Notes: generated from the letters alone by a model not told the origin. A stretch of DNA of 64,000 nt from Betaproteobacteria bacterium (GCA_947474715.1 CANJJT010000010.1:2746-66745), one strand, 5' to 3'; numbered from the stretch's first letter, positions 40,685-51,753 are shown. Translations and numbers: made by a program.

Positions 40685-42861
40685 GCAGGCTTCCACGCAA
40701 ACATCACGCAGGCCAGCGGCGGCAGTGTCACGGCAATCGACTGGGCGCGACCGTGGCAGGGTGCCGCGACGGCATCCACGCCGCCGCCATTGCCCATGTT
40801 GGAGCCGCCATAGCAGGCGGCATCGGTGTTGATGATTTCCTCGTAGCGGCCCAGGCGGGGCACGCCGATGCGATAGACGCTGCGCGGCACCGGCGTGAAG
40901 TTGCACACGGTGACCACCAGCGCATCCTCGCCCATGCCGCGACGCAGGAAGGCCAGCACGCTCTGTTCCCGGTCGGAGAAGTCGATCCACTCGAAACCGC
41001 CCGGCTCACAGTCGAGCTCATGCAGCGCGGGCTGCCCGCGATAGGCACGGTTGAGGTCGCCCACCAGGCGCTGCACGCCCAGGTGCTGGCCGTCGGCGAG
41101 CGCGCCCCAGTCGAGCTGGGCGTCGTGGTTCCACTCGTCACGCTGGCCGAATTCGCAGCCCATGAACAGCAGCTTCTTGCCCGGATGCGCCCACATGAAG
41201 CCGAAGTACAGCCGCAGATTGGCGAACTGCTGCCAGCGGTCACCGGGCATGCGCGAGAGCAGCGAGCCCTTGCCATGCACCACTTCGTCATGCGACAGCG
41301 GCAGCACGAAGTTCTCGTTGAAGGCGTAGATGAGACCGAAAGTGAGCTGGTCGTGGTGATGGCGGCGATGCACCGGGTCGTGCTGCATGTACTCCAGCGT
41401 GTCGTGCATCCAGCCCATGTTCCACTTGTAGTGAAAGCCCAGCCCGCCGTCGTGCACCGGCCGCGACACCGCCGGCCAGGCAGTGGATTCCTCCGCCACC
41501 ATGGCGGCCTCGGGAAAGGCGGCGCCCACCCGGGTGTTGGTTTCACGGATGAAGGCGACGGCCTCGAGGTTCTCCCGCCCTCCTCGGGCATTGGGCACCC
41601 ACTCGCCCTCGCGACGGCTGTAGTCCAGGTACAGCATGGAAGCCACCGCATCCACGCGCAGCCCTGCCACGCCGTAACGCTCCAGCCAGAACAGGGCATT
41701 GGCGGTCAGGAAGTTGCACACCTCGTGCCGGCCATAGTTGTAGATGAGGGTGTCCCAGTCCGGGTGCCAGCCCTGGCGCGGATCGGCATGCTCGTACAGG
41801 CAGGTGCCGTCGAAGCGTGCCAGCGCATGCGCATCGGCCGGGAAATGCCCCGGCACCCAGTCCAGCAGCACACCGATACCCGCCTCATGGAAGCGTTGCA
41901 CCAGCACTGCAAACTGCGCCGGCGACCCATGGCGCGCGGTGGGGGCATACAGGCCGGTGGTCTGATAGCCCCAGGAGCCGTCGAAGGGATGCTCCATCAC
42001 CGGCATGAATTCCACGTGCGTGAATCCGGTCTGCTGCACATAGGGCAGCAACTGATCGGCCATTTCCGACCAGTCCAGCAGGCGGCCATCGGCACCGCGG
42101 CGCCAGGAACCGGCATGCACTTCGTAGATGGACACCGGGCGGTTGCGCGCCGCCGAGGGCAGGGCAGCGGTGGCCCGCGCACTGCTATCGGGCTCGGTGC
42201 ACAGCACCGATGCCGTGGCCGGGCGCAGCTCGGCGGCAAAGGCAAAGGGGTCGGCCTTCAGGGGCAGCAACTGGCCGGCGGCATCGCGGATCTCGAACTT
42301 GTAGCAGGCGCCCGTCTCGATGCCGGGCAGGAACAACTCCCACACACCGCATTCACGGCGCAGGCGCATCGGATGGCGCCGCCCGTCCCAGTGGTTGAAG
42401 TCGCCCACCAGGGCCACGCGCTGGGCGCCGGGCGCCCATACCGCAAAGGAGAATCCAGGCACGCCCTCCATCATAGCCGGGTGCGCGCCCAGCTTTTCGT
42501 ACAGGCGCTGGTGGCGGCCCTCGGCCAGCAACCAGACATCGGTTTCGCCCAGCACCTGGCCGAAACGATAAGGGTCTTCGATGTCCAGCACCACCTCGCC
42601 CCAGGTCACGCGCAGGCGATAGTGGAAGCGTTTGCGCCGGCGCGGGATGCGGCCCTCGAACACGCCATCGGCATGCACGCGCTGCAAGGGGCCGACTAAA
42701 CGGCCGCTGGTCGCATCGATCACGGCCACGGCCGTGGCATCGGGCTGCACCGAGCGCACCCACAGGGCACCTTCGATTTCGTGCAGGCCCAGCACGGCAA
42801 AGGGGTCGGCGTGACGGGCGGCCGCCAGGACCACAATGACTTCAGGACTGAGCATGGGCAC
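40681..42861 (-). CDS. glgB: 1,4-alpha-glucan branching enzyme
   Basis: 726 aa. …[11 protein letters not shown]…, …[12 protein letters not shown]…, …VAEESTAWP…, …[10 protein letters not shown]…. Confidence 0.93.
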
Positions 42862-42906
42862 AGGGTAACAGCGCTATGTGACGCCAGTTAGCAGGGTGTT
42901 GAATAA

Positions 42907-42923
42907 GGGGGACACGATCCCCC
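42907..42923 (-). terminator. Short GC hairpin (GGGGGA-CACGA-TCCCCC) between glgP and glgB, followed by TTATT on the minus strand
   Basis: Read directly, about 130 nt downstream of the glgP stop. Weak terminator or attenuator candidate. Confidence 0.3.
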
Positions 42924-43052
42924 GTGCCTCCTTGAATCGGGGCTATTGAAAATCGCATCCCCATGAAACCTGTGTGCATGATTTGAACAAGGACCGTCCA
43001 GAAATCGATTATCAACCGCCTGTCAAGCTTACGCCTGGATACTCCTGCGGCA

Positions 43053-45518
43053 TCAGGCGTTGAGCGAGTGCACACCCCAGATGTCGTTGGCGTATTCCAG
43101 TATGGTGCGGTCGCTGGAGAAGCGGCCCATGGACGCGACGTTGCGAATGGCCATGGCCGTCCAGGCATCGCTGTCGGCGTACAGGGCATCGACGCGCCTC
43201 TGGGTATCGAGGTAATGCGCGAAATCGGCCAGCAGCATGTAATGGTCGCCGTGGTCCAGCAGCGAATGCACGATCGGCAGGAAGCGTTCCGGCTGTCCGG
43301 GCGAAAAGGTCCCTGAGGCGATGCTGTCGATGACCTTCTTCAGCGCCGGGTCGGCCTCGTAGAGCTCGCGCGGCCGGTAGCCCGAGGCGCGCAGCTCCCC
43401 GACCTCCGGGGTGCGCAGGCCGAACATGAAGATGTTCTCGTCGCCCACCGCCTCGCGGATCTCGATGTTGGCACCGTCATCGGTGCCGATGGTGAGCGCG
43501 CCGTTGAGGGCCAGCTTCATGTTGCCCGTGCCGGAGGCCTCGGTGCCGGCGGTGGAGATCTGCTCGGAGAGGTCGGCCGCGGGAATGATGAGCCCGGCCA
43601 CCGACACCCCGTAGTTGGGCACGAACACCACCTTCAGGCGTCCGGCCACGCGCGAATCGGCATTGATGACGGCCGCCACATCATTGATGAGCTTGATGAT
43701 GAGCTTGGCCATGAAATAGGCCGAAGCCGACTTGCCGCTGAAGATCACGGTGCGCGGGATCCAGTCACGCCCGGGTTCGGCCAGGATGGCCTGATAGCGG
43801 GCGATGACGTGCAGCACGTTGAGCAGCTGGCGCTTGTACTCATGGATGCGCTTGATCTGCACATCGAACAGCGAATCCGCACTGATGGCAATGCCGGTGA
43901 CGCGCTTCACGTACTCGGCCAGGCGGTTCTTGTTGGCGATCTTCACCGCCTGGAAGGCCGCCAGGAAGCTGTGGTCGCCGGCCAGGCCATGCAGCTTTTC
44001 CAGCTCGTCGAGGTCGGTGCGCCAGCGCCCGCCGATGTGCCTGTCGATGAGCCCTGCGAGGCCCGGATTGACCAGCGCCAGCCAGCGCCGCGGCGTGATG
44101 CCATTGGTGCAGTTGGTGAAACGCCCCGGCATCAACTTGTGGAAGTCGGCGAACACCGTGTCCTTGAGCAGCTGCGAATGCAGCTTGGAGACGCCGTTCA
44201 CCTTGTGGCTGGCCACCACCGACAGGTGGGCCATGCGCACCCGCCGGCCGTGCTCCTCGTCGATCAGGGAAATGCGCCGCAGCAGGGCTTGGTCGTCGGG
44301 ATGCTCCTGGCGCACGTGGTCGAGGAACATCTCGTTGATGTCGTAGATGATCTTCATGTGACGCGGCAGCACGCGCTCGAGCATGTGCACCGGCCATGTC
44401 TCCAGCGCCTCGGGCATCAGCGTGTGGTTGGTGTAGGAGAAGATGCGCGTGCACAGGCGCCAGGCCAGGGTCCACGGAATACGGTGGACATCGATGAGCA
44501 GGCGCATCATCTCCGGCACGGCGATGGCCGGGTGCGTGTCATTGAGGTGGATGGCGACCTTGTCGGCCAGTTGCTCGACACCCTTGTGGGCTTCGAAGTA
44601 GCGCCCCAGCAGGTCCTGCAGCGAGGCACTGACGAAGAAGTACTCCTGGCGCAGGCGCAGTTCGCGGCCACGCTCGGTGCTGTCGTCCGGGTAGAGCACG
44701 CGCGACACGTTCTCCGAGTGGTTCTTGCGCTCGATCGCGGCGGTGTAGTTGCCCTGGTTGAAGTAGGTGAGATCGATCTCTTCGGTGGCGGTGGCCGACC
44801 ACAGCCGCAAGGTGTTGACCACGCGGTTGCCGCAGCCGGGCACGATGGTGTCGTAGGCCATGGCGAGCACATCGTCGGTGTCCACCCAGTGGGCCACCCG
44901 GTCGCGGTACTCCACATGCCCGCCGAACTGGATGGCGTACTTCACCTCGGGACGCGGAAACTCCCAGGGGTTGCCTGCCACCAGCCAGTGGTCGGGGTAT
45001 TCCACCTGGCGCCCGTCGACGATGCGCTGGGCGAACATGCCGTATTCGTAGCGGATGCCGTAGCCGAAGCCGGGCAGGCCCACGGTGGCCATGGAATCGA
45101 GGAAGCAGGCAGCCAGACGGCCCAGTCCGCCATTGCCCAGGGCCGGGTCCGGCTCCAGCGCATCCAGCTCATCGAGGTCCAGCCCCAGTTCGCGCAGGGC
45201 ATCGGCACACTCCTCGTGGATGCCCAGGGCGATGAGGGCATTGGACAGCGCGCGGCCGGGCAGGAATTCCATCGACAGGTAATAGATACGCTTGGCATCC
45301 TGCTGATAGGACCGGCGCGTGGTATCCATCCAGCGCTCGATCAGGCGATCACGCACGGCGTTGGACACGGCGTGCAGCCAGTCCCGCTTGGAGGCGGCAA
45401 AGGCGTCCTTGCCCACGGTATAGATGAGATGCCTCGAGATAGCCTGGCGCAGCGACCGGGTTTCTGATCCGGCGGGGTCGGCTGCCGGGAGACTGTTCTT
45501 ACTGACGATTGAATCCAT
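43053..45518 (-). CDS. glgP: Glycogen/maltodextrin phosphorylase
   Basis: 821 aa. …YYLSMEFLPGR…, …GNGGLGRLAACFLDS…, PLP-Lys context EASGTGNMKLALNGALTIGTDDGANIE. Confidence 0.93.
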   Translation of the reverse strand: MDSIVSKNSLPAADPAGSETRSLRQAISRHLIYTVGKDAFAASKRDWLHAVSNAVRDRLIERWMDTTRRSYQQDAKRIYYLSMEFLPGRALSNALIALGIHEECADALRELGLDLDELDALEPDPALGNGGLGRLAACFLDSMATVGLPGFGYGIRYEYGMFAQRIVDGRQVEYPDHWLVAGNPWEFPRPEVKYAIQFGGHVEYRDRVAHWVDTDDVLAMAYDTIVPGCGNRVVNTLRLWSATATEEIDLTYFNQGNYTAAIERKNHSENVSRVLYPDDSTERGRELRLRQEYFFVSASLQDLLGRYFEAHKGVEQLADKVAIHLNDTHPAIAVPEMMRLLIDVHRIPWTLAWRLCTRIFSYTNHTLMPEALETWPVHMLERVLPRHMKIIYDINEMFLDHVRQEHPDDQALLRRISLIDEEHGRRVRMAHLSVVASHKVNGVSKLHSQLLKDTVFADFHKLMPGRFTNCTNGITPRRWLALVNPGLAGLIDRHIGGRWRTDLDELEKLHGLAGDHSFLAAFQAVKIANKNRLAEYVKRVTGIAISADSLFDVQIKRIHEYKRQLLNVLHVIARYQAILAEPGRDWIPRTVIFSGKSASAYFMAKLIIKLINDVAAVINADSRVAGRLKVVFVPNYGVSVAGLIIPAADLSEQISTAGTEASGTGNMKLALNGALTIGTDDGANIEIREAVGDENIFMFGLRTPEVGELRASGYRPRELYEADPALKKVIDSIASGTFSPGQPERFLPIVHSLLDHGDHYMLLADFAHYLDTQRRVDALYADSDAWTAMAIRNVASMGRFSSDRTILEYANDIWGVHSLNA

Positions 45519-45613
45519 TCAACTTCCTGCTCAGGCAAGGATGCATTGTAGCCCCGCGCCTCCCGGAACTCGGGGTACCGACCAGGCGGGGATCAGACAT
45601 CCATTCGCAATGA

Positions 45614-47074
45614 TCATGCCATCGGGCGAAGATCCCGATAGAGGGCCTGGTAGCGGGCCGCTGCCGGCTGCCAGCCGAAGTCCTGGCGCATGCCGCAGTC
45701 ACGCACCCGGGCCCAGCGGCCGGCGTCCCGCCACAGGTCGAAGGCGCGGGTGAGGGCCTCCCGCAACGCAGGCGCCGTCGCCCCGGCAAACACCAGTCCG
45801 GTGGCCGTGCCGGCGCCCAGGCTGGCGGCATCGGCATCGACGACGGTATCGGCCAGCCCGCCGACATGGCGAACCAGCGGCAGCGCGCCATAGGCCATGG
45901 CGTACATCTGGGTCAGGCCGCAGGGCTCGAACCGCGAAGGCACCAGCGTCACATCGCTGCCGGCAAACAGGCGGTGGGCCAGCGCCTCGTCATAACCCAG
46001 ACGCACGCTGACTGCCCCCGGATAGCGCGCCTGGGCCGCCATGAAACCGGATTCCAGGGCGCTGTCGCCGGACCCAAGCAGCGCAAGCTGCCCCCCGGCC
46101 CGTACCAACTCCGGCAGCACTTCCAGCACCAGATCCAGACCCTTTTGCTCACTCAGGCGGCTGACCACGCAGAAAAGCGGCCCCGGCAGCGCAGCAAGCC
46201 CCAATTCGGCGCGCAGGCCGGCCTTGCACAAAGCCTTGCCCGCCGGATCGCTGGCGCTGTAGCGGGCGGGAATTGCCACATCCGTCGTCGGCTGCCAGAT
46301 CGCGTAATCCACACCATTGAGGATGCCCGACAGCACACCCGCACGCGAGCGCAGCAGGCCGTCCATGCCGAAACCGAATTCCGGCGTCTGGATCTCGTGC
46401 GCGTAGGTCGGGCTCACGGTGGTGATACGGTCGGCATAGTGCAGGCCGGATTTCATGAAATTGAGCTTGCCGTAGAACTCCAGGCCGGTCAGCGAGAAAA
46501 AATGCGCCGGCAAGCCGAGTTCCTGGAAACGTTCCGCCGGGAACTGCCCCTGATAGCCCAGGTTGTGCACTGTGAACACGCAGCCTGGGCGCTCCCCGCC
46601 ACGCGCAGCCAGATAAGCCGGCACCAAACCGGCATGCCAATCGTGTCCATGCACTATGTCGGGGCACCAGCCATCGATGCCGGCATCGGCAAAGCGTGAG
46701 GCCACCCAGGCCAGCAGGGCGAAGCGCAGATGGTTGTCCGGCCAGTCGTGGCCCTGCTTATCGACATAGGGATTGCCCGGCTGCGCATACAAGCCGCCCG
46801 CCTCGATCAGATAGGCACTGACCCCGGACAGAGACCCGCGCAGCACCCGTACCGCCGTCCCGGCGCCGGGCAGGGGCAGTGGCGCCTGCAGGCGCGCCAC
46901 CTCGACCAGCCCTTCGGCTTCGGCCGCAGCCATGATCGCGGGAAAAGCCGGCAACAACAGCCGCACATCCTCGCCCGCGTCCATCAAGGCCCGCGGCAGG
47001 GCGGCATTCACATCGGCCAGGCCGCCCGTCTTGAGGGCCGGATAGACCTCGGTACTGACATACAGGATGCGCAT
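45614..47074 (-). CDS. glgA: Glycogen synthase (ADP-glucose type)
   Basis: Start at MRILYVSTEVYPALKTGGLADV (KTGGL motif). 486 aa. GT5 layout. Confidence 0.92.
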   Translation of the reverse strand: MRILYVSTEVYPALKTGGLADVNAALPRALMDAGEDVRLLLPAFPAIMAAAEAEGLVEVARLQAPLPLPGAGTAVRVLRGSLSGVSAYLIEAGGLYAQPGNPYVDKQGHDWPDNHLRFALLAWVASRFADAGIDGWCPDIVHGHDWHAGLVPAYLAARGGERPGCVFTVHNLGYQGQFPAERFQELGLPAHFFSLTGLEFYGKLNFMKSGLHYADRITTVSPTYAHEIQTPEFGFGMDGLLRSRAGVLSGILNGVDYAIWQPTTDVAIPARYSASDPAGKALCKAGLRAELGLAALPGPLFCVVSRLSEQKGLDLVLEVLPELVRAGGQLALLGSGDSALESGFMAAQARYPGAVSVRLGYDEALAHRLFAGSDVTLVPSRFEPCGLTQMYAMAYGALPLVRHVGGLADTVVDADAASLGAGTATGLVFAGATAPALREALTRAFDLWRDAGRWARVRDCGMRQDFGWQPAAARYQALYRDLRPMA

Positions 47075-47226
47075 CGGATCCGCTTTATTGTTCTTCTGGT
47101 CTGCAGGGAGATAATCACGGCCGCAATTCGCGGCGCACAAGTGTCGGCAGGATGCGTGACAGTGTCAAGCCGGCCCAGGGTCAGACGTGCCTAGCCGGAT
47201 TGCGGGCAAGACGCAGCAGTGCTGCG

Positions 47227-47480
47227 GGTGTTAACCCCCTTGTCAAAGGGGGCCGACTGGCCGCAGGCCAGCGGGGGGATTTTAGCCAGCCAGATGGATG
47301 CCCGACTTGTTCAGGTCTTGCCGGTTAGTCCGATCATTGTTGTTGCTCTGCAAGCAGACATGCCTCGGAAAACATTCAGCGTATCAGTCTGGCAATGGCT
47401 GGCGCTCGGAACCGCAGCGGTTAAAAATCCCCCCGCTCGGCTTCGCCGAGTCGGCCCCCTTTGACAAGGGGGTTTACACC
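47227..47480. mobile_element. MITE-like element, second full copy (58-bp inverted arms + ~135-bp core)
   Basis: Arms at 47227-47287 and 47423-47480. The first ~70 nt of the core align with the core of the 14261-14483 copy. Confidence 0.75.
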
Positions 47481-47659
47481 ACCGTCTCTGCCAAGCTTGC
47501 TGCCAATGCCATCCCCGGAAATCGACAAAACACCTGCAGAACCGGACACGATGAGCTCTGCTGCACCTGAATTGCTATTCACACGGGCTTGCTGCACGAT
47601 GGGCCCGGGCATTCCGGCACGCCCGCCCCCCGCCTCACTGAAGGTCATCCCAAGCCCCC

Positions 47660-48529
47660 ATGATCCGGCTCCAGTTTTCCATTGCACTCGACTATGACAT
47701 CGCCCACTTTCCCGGCGATTTCATCTTCAACATCCACGCCGCATCGACCGACCACCAGAAGGTGGTGATGGAAAACCTGGTCATCAACCAGCCCTTGGAG
47801 CCGGTCATCTATGCCGACCCGGCCAGCGGCTCCCGCCTGATGCGCCTCACCGCCAATCCGGGGCCACTCAATATCCAGTACAGCGCCACCGTCGACCTGG
47901 ACACCCACATCGAATCCCCGGCCTTGATCGAGGAGATGCCCATCTCGCAGTTGCCGCCTTCGGTGCTGCCCTACATCTACCCGAGCCGCTACTGCCAGTC
48001 CGACCGGCTGCGGCGCTATGCCACGCGCGAGTTCGGGCATCTGCGCCAGGGCTATTGGCGCGTGCAGGCGATCCAGGACTGGGTGCGTACCCGCACCACC
48101 TTCACCTCCGGCAGCTCCAATGGCAGCACCTCGGCCGTGGACACCATCGTCGAACAGGTGGGCGTATGCCGCGACTTCGCCCACTTGATGATCGCCCTGT
48201 GCCGCGCGGTCAACATCCCGGCGCGCATGGTCACCGGCATCAACTACGGTGCCGATCCGGCCATGGGCCCCACGGATTTCCATGCCTATGTCGAGGTGTT
48301 CCTGAGCCATCGCTGGTATCTGTTCGACCCCACGGGCGTGTGCCCGCCTATGGGCCTGGTGCGCATCGGCACCGGCCGTGATGCCGCCGACGTGTCCTTC
48401 TCCACCATCTTCGGCGCCGTCAGTTCCAGCGCACCGATCATTTCCATCACCGCCGTCGACGACCCCGCCAACGGCTACTGCCTGCCCCTACACAGCCGCG
48501 AAGGCCTGTCGTCCATGGTGGCGCACTGA
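47660..48529 (+). CDS. Transglutaminase-like cysteine protease family protein
   Basis: N-terminal bacterial TGase-N-type region plus a core with GVCRDFAH (Cys), …FHAYVEV… (His) and …LFDPTG (Asp). Confidence 0.8.
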   Translation: MIRLQFSIALDYDIAHFPGDFIFNIHAASTDHQKVVMENLVINQPLEPVIYADPASGSRLMRLTANPGPLNIQYSATVDLDTHIESPALIEEMPISQLPPSVLPYIYPSRYCQSDRLRRYATREFGHLRQGYWRVQAIQDWVRTRTTFTSGSSNGSTSAVDTIVEQVGVCRDFAHLMIALCRAVNIPARMVTGINYGADPAMGPTDFHAYVEVFLSHRWYLFDPTGVCPPMGLVRIGTGRDAADVSFSTIFGAVSSSAPIISITAVDDPANGYCLPLHSREGLSSMVAH

Positions 48530-48673
48530 CCGCGCGTCGGCGTCATTCCGACTGATTGGGGCCGTCCAGTACATCGGCATGCCTGAAGCCACGGCCACTC
48601 ACCATGGCCTCCCCGGGACAGCCCACTGGCAATCAGCGTACGATCCGGAAAAATTTCGCAAAGGAGGAACACC

Positions 48674-49453
48674 ATGCCCTGGATCACCGCCAACGGCGCC
48701 AGCCTGAGATACGACCTGACCGGATCAGGCGCAGACACCCTGGTCCTCATCCACGAAGCCGGCGGCTGCATGGAAAGCTACGACGAGGTGCTGCCCGCCC
48801 TGCAGCAGCACTTTCGCGTGCTGCGTTTCGACCAGCGCGGCTTCGGCTTCTCGGAAAAGATGAAATCCATCACCTACGACACCGTGATCGCCGACATCGC
48901 CGGCCTGCTCGATGCACTGGGCATCACGGAGCCCGTGTGCATGGCCAGTTGCGCCATGGGCTGCGACTTCATCGTCGGCTTCGCCGCCGCGCACCCGGAG
49001 CACGTGAAGCGCATCGCCCTGGCCAGCCCCACCATCGGTCAGCGTGAGGGCAATGCCGCCTCCAGCCAGGCCCGCGCCGACCTGGTGGTGCGCGAAGGCA
49101 TGCGCGCCTCCATGGAAACGAGCCACGCCCGCTCCTGGCCGCCGGTGATCCGCGAGCGCAACCTGGAACGCTTCGCGCGCTACCAGGCACGCTGGGTGTG
49201 CAATGACCCGGAGTCCTTCGCTGCCCAGGGCCGCATGATGAGCACCATCGACCTCACCCCGCTCTACCCCAGGGTGAAGGCGAAGACCCTGGCCATCGGC
49301 GACCGCCACGACAGCCAGCGCCTCCCCGAGCTGGCGAAGAAAGTCGCCGCCGCCGTGCCCGATGGCATTTACGTGGAAGTCGACAGCGGCCACTTCTTTG
49401 CGCTGCAGTCACCGGAGGCGTTTGTCGAGACGGTGGTGACGTGGATGAAATAG
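48674..49453 (+). CDS. Alpha/beta-fold hydrolase (3-oxoadipate enol-lactonase-like)
   Basis: AAGGAGG RBS. …LVLIHEAGG…VLRFDQRGFGFS…, …DSGHFFALQSPE… The nucleophile elbow reads ASCAMG rather than GxSxG. Confidence 0.75.
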   Translation: MPWITANGASLRYDLTGSGADTLVLIHEAGGCMESYDEVLPALQQHFRVLRFDQRGFGFSEKMKSITYDTVIADIAGLLDALGITEPVCMASCAMGCDFIVGFAAAHPEHVKRIALASPTIGQREGNAASSQARADLVVREGMRASMETSHARSWPPVIRERNLERFARYQARWVCNDPESFAAQGRMMSTIDLTPLYPRVKAKTLAIGDRHDSQRLPELAKKVAAAVPDGIYVEVDSGHFFALQSPEAFVETVVTWMK

Positions 49454-49496
49454 AGCAGCAGCAGATCATCACACGCGGCTGGGACAATCGCTGAGG

Positions 49497-50300
49497 TCAA
49501 ATTCCCTTGTACTTCGGAGGCCTTTTCTCCATAAAGGCAAGTGCTGCTTCCTTGTGGTCCTGGGAATTGATCGAAAGCATCTCGTAGGCAATGGAGGCAT
49601 CCATCACGAGATTGAGCTGGTCCTTGATGTACTTGTTGATTGCCAGCTTTGTCCAACGCACTGCCAGTGGCGGAAGATTGACCAGTTCCTCGGCGATCTC
49701 GTTAGCCTTGGCCATGACCTCCTCGACAGGCACTGCATAACCCACCAGATTGAGCTCCTTTGCCTCCTTGCCCGAGACCAGGCGACCACGCATCAGGAAA
49801 TCCTTGGCCCGAGCAGGACCCACCAGCAGCGGCCATATCACGGCACCACCGTCGCCGGCCACCAGTCCAACCTTCACGTGGGTATCACCAAACTTGGCAG
49901 TCTCAGAGATCACCACCACGTCACAAAAGAGAGCCAATGTGGCTCCCAAGCCCACTGCGTCGCCATTGACCGCAGCGATGATGGGCGGCCCCACCTCCAA
50001 CATATTCTGAAACAGCCTGCGGGTCATGGCCGGAACGGCCAGCGCGAATTTCCAGCCCTCTTCGGTGCCGAAGCGCGACACCATGCCCTTGATATCACCT
50101 CCGGTGGAGAAAGACTTTCCCGAGCCTGTGAAGATGATCGCCCGGACCTCGGCATCTCCGGCCAGATCAAGCCAGACCTCCTCCAGCTCGTTGTGCATTT
50201 CGGTATCCACGGCATTGCGCTTGTCCGGCTGGTTCAGGCACAGCGTCGCGATCCCGCCCGCCTTGGTCACCGAGATTAATTTGTAACGCGAATAGTCCAT
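49497..50300 (-). CDS. Enoyl-CoA hydratase/isomerase (crotonase) family protein
   Basis: …ATLCLNQPDKRNA…IIFTGSGKSFSTGGD…AAVNGDAVGLGATLALFCD…. Confidence 0.8.
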   Translation of the reverse strand: MDYSRYKLISVTKAGGIATLCLNQPDKRNAVDTEMHNELEEVWLDLAGDAEVRAIIFTGSGKSFSTGGDIKGMVSRFGTEEGWKFALAVPAMTRRLFQNMLEVGPPIIAAVNGDAVGLGATLALFCDVVVISETAKFGDTHVKVGLVAGDGGAVIWPLLVGPARAKDFLMRGRLVSGKEAKELNLVGYAVPVEEVMAKANEIAEELVNLPPLAVRWTKLAINKYIKDQLNLVMDASIAYEMLSINSQDHKEAALAFMEKRPPKYKGI

Positions 50301-50351
50301 TACCTAGTCTCCTGTTGTGAAATTCACTTGGAACCCCGCCGGCCACCCGCT

Positions 50352-51704
50352 CTAGCGGCAGATTGCGCCCAGGCACGACACATCCAGCATGTCGCGCAGA
50401 GCCCATGTCTCCCCGATCAGCGCCGTACAGCGCGCCGCACCCATGACTGGCTCGCAAAGTCCGCGTACCTTGTTTTCGATGTCTGCATCACCCATCGGGT
50501 GCGCGATGCTTCCCACGCAATGCTCGACGCTCTCCCGAAGCTGCCGCCCATCCTGCAGGGTGATGCTCATGTCGGCCGCATCCGCGGTGATCCGTTCATC
50601 GGCTCGCACGTGGATCTTTTCGCGCAGGGCAACCACCGCAGGCTCCTGCAGCCGCGGTGGATCTGCGTCCTGGACCCGGGCTGTGCCATGGATAAGCGCC
50701 ACGGCGGACCAATGCTGGAGGCTGAACTGTGCATCGGTGGAGTCGGCCGGATGACGGCGGGCAGTCAGCTTTGCCGCTGCGGGACTAATTACCGCATCCA
50801 CACGCACGATGTTCGCGGCATCCAGGCCGCGCCGATACAGACGCAGTGCAGCATCGATGGCCGGATGCGCAACGATACCCGCCGGGAAAGGCTTGTAGGT
50901 AAGTGCCGAGAGCTCGTAGGCTTTGCCCAGCCTATCAGTCAGCCCATCCAGAAATGCACTCGGCGCAAACATCCGGGCAAATCCATACTCGCCCTCGATA
51001 CCATTCTGCGGACCGGTAAAACCTTCGGCTGCGAGCAATGCCGCACGCAATCCGGTATCGGCGCCCTGGGCATGGATGAGCGGCGTGCTCATGGACCCCA
51101 TGGCCACGCGCAGCCCTTGACCCTGGGCGGCGGCCAGTCCGATTGCCGACGCCAGTTGTCCCACATCCAGCCCCAGCAGCTTTCCGCAGGCGACTACGGC
51201 ACCGACCCCCCCCACCAGCCCGCTTTGCAACCACCCCAGGTTCCCGACTGCAGGGTGCACCGAAATGGCCTTGCTCAATCGGCACGCCACCTCCAAGCCC
51301 AGAATGCCGGCCAGCAACAGGTCCCGTCCATGCGCTTTCCTTTGTTCACCTAAGGCCAGCGCCGCCGCCAGCGCCGGCGGGCTCGGATGCACGATGGCCT
51401 GCGCATGCGTGTCACAGAACCCATAGACCGTGGCAGCCAGTGCATTGGCAAGTGCCGCATGCACGCAATCGCTGCTGCGCCCGCAACCGAACACCGTGGA
51501 GCTGCCCCGGCCGGCAGTGCCCGCGAGCGAGCGCTCGAACGTGCGGCGCGTTTCCTGGTCCACTCCTCCCACCGCGCAGCCCAGAAAGTTGAGCCATGCC
51601 CTAAGTCCCTCGTGCTGAACCAGCGCCGGAATATCTTGCAAAGTGGTACCGACCACCCACGATGCCAGACGCAGCGTGGCGCCTTGCTCAACAGCCTGAC
51701 TCAA
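50352..51704 (-). CDS. MmgE/PrpD family protein (2-methylcitrate dehydratase superfamily)
   Basis: 450 aa. The N-terminal …L(A)SWVVGTTLQDIP… and overall two-domain layout are typical of the MmgE/PrpD family. Confidence 0.8.
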   Translation of the reverse strand: MSQAVEQGATLRLASWVVGTTLQDIPALVQHEGLRAWLNFLGCAVGGVDQETRRTFERSLAGTAGRGSSTVFGCGRSSDCVHAALANALAATVYGFCDTHAQAIVHPSPPALAAALALGEQRKAHGRDLLLAGILGLEVACRLSKAISVHPAVGNLGWLQSGLVGGVGAVVACGKLLGLDVGQLASAIGLAAAQGQGLRVAMGSMSTPLIHAQGADTGLRAALLAAEGFTGPQNGIEGEYGFARMFAPSAFLDGLTDRLGKAYELSALTYKPFPAGIVAHPAIDAALRLYRRGLDAANIVRVDAVISPAAAKLTARRHPADSTDAQFSLQHWSAVALIHGTARVQDADPPRLQEPAVVALREKIHVRADERITADAADMSITLQDGRQLRESVEHCVGSIAHPMGDADIENKVRGLCEPVMGAARCTALIGETWALRDMLDVSCLGAICR

Positions 51705-51753
51705 TGCATCCCCTTCACTGGATCACCGGTTCCGGCAGGCGAGCGCCACGGAT

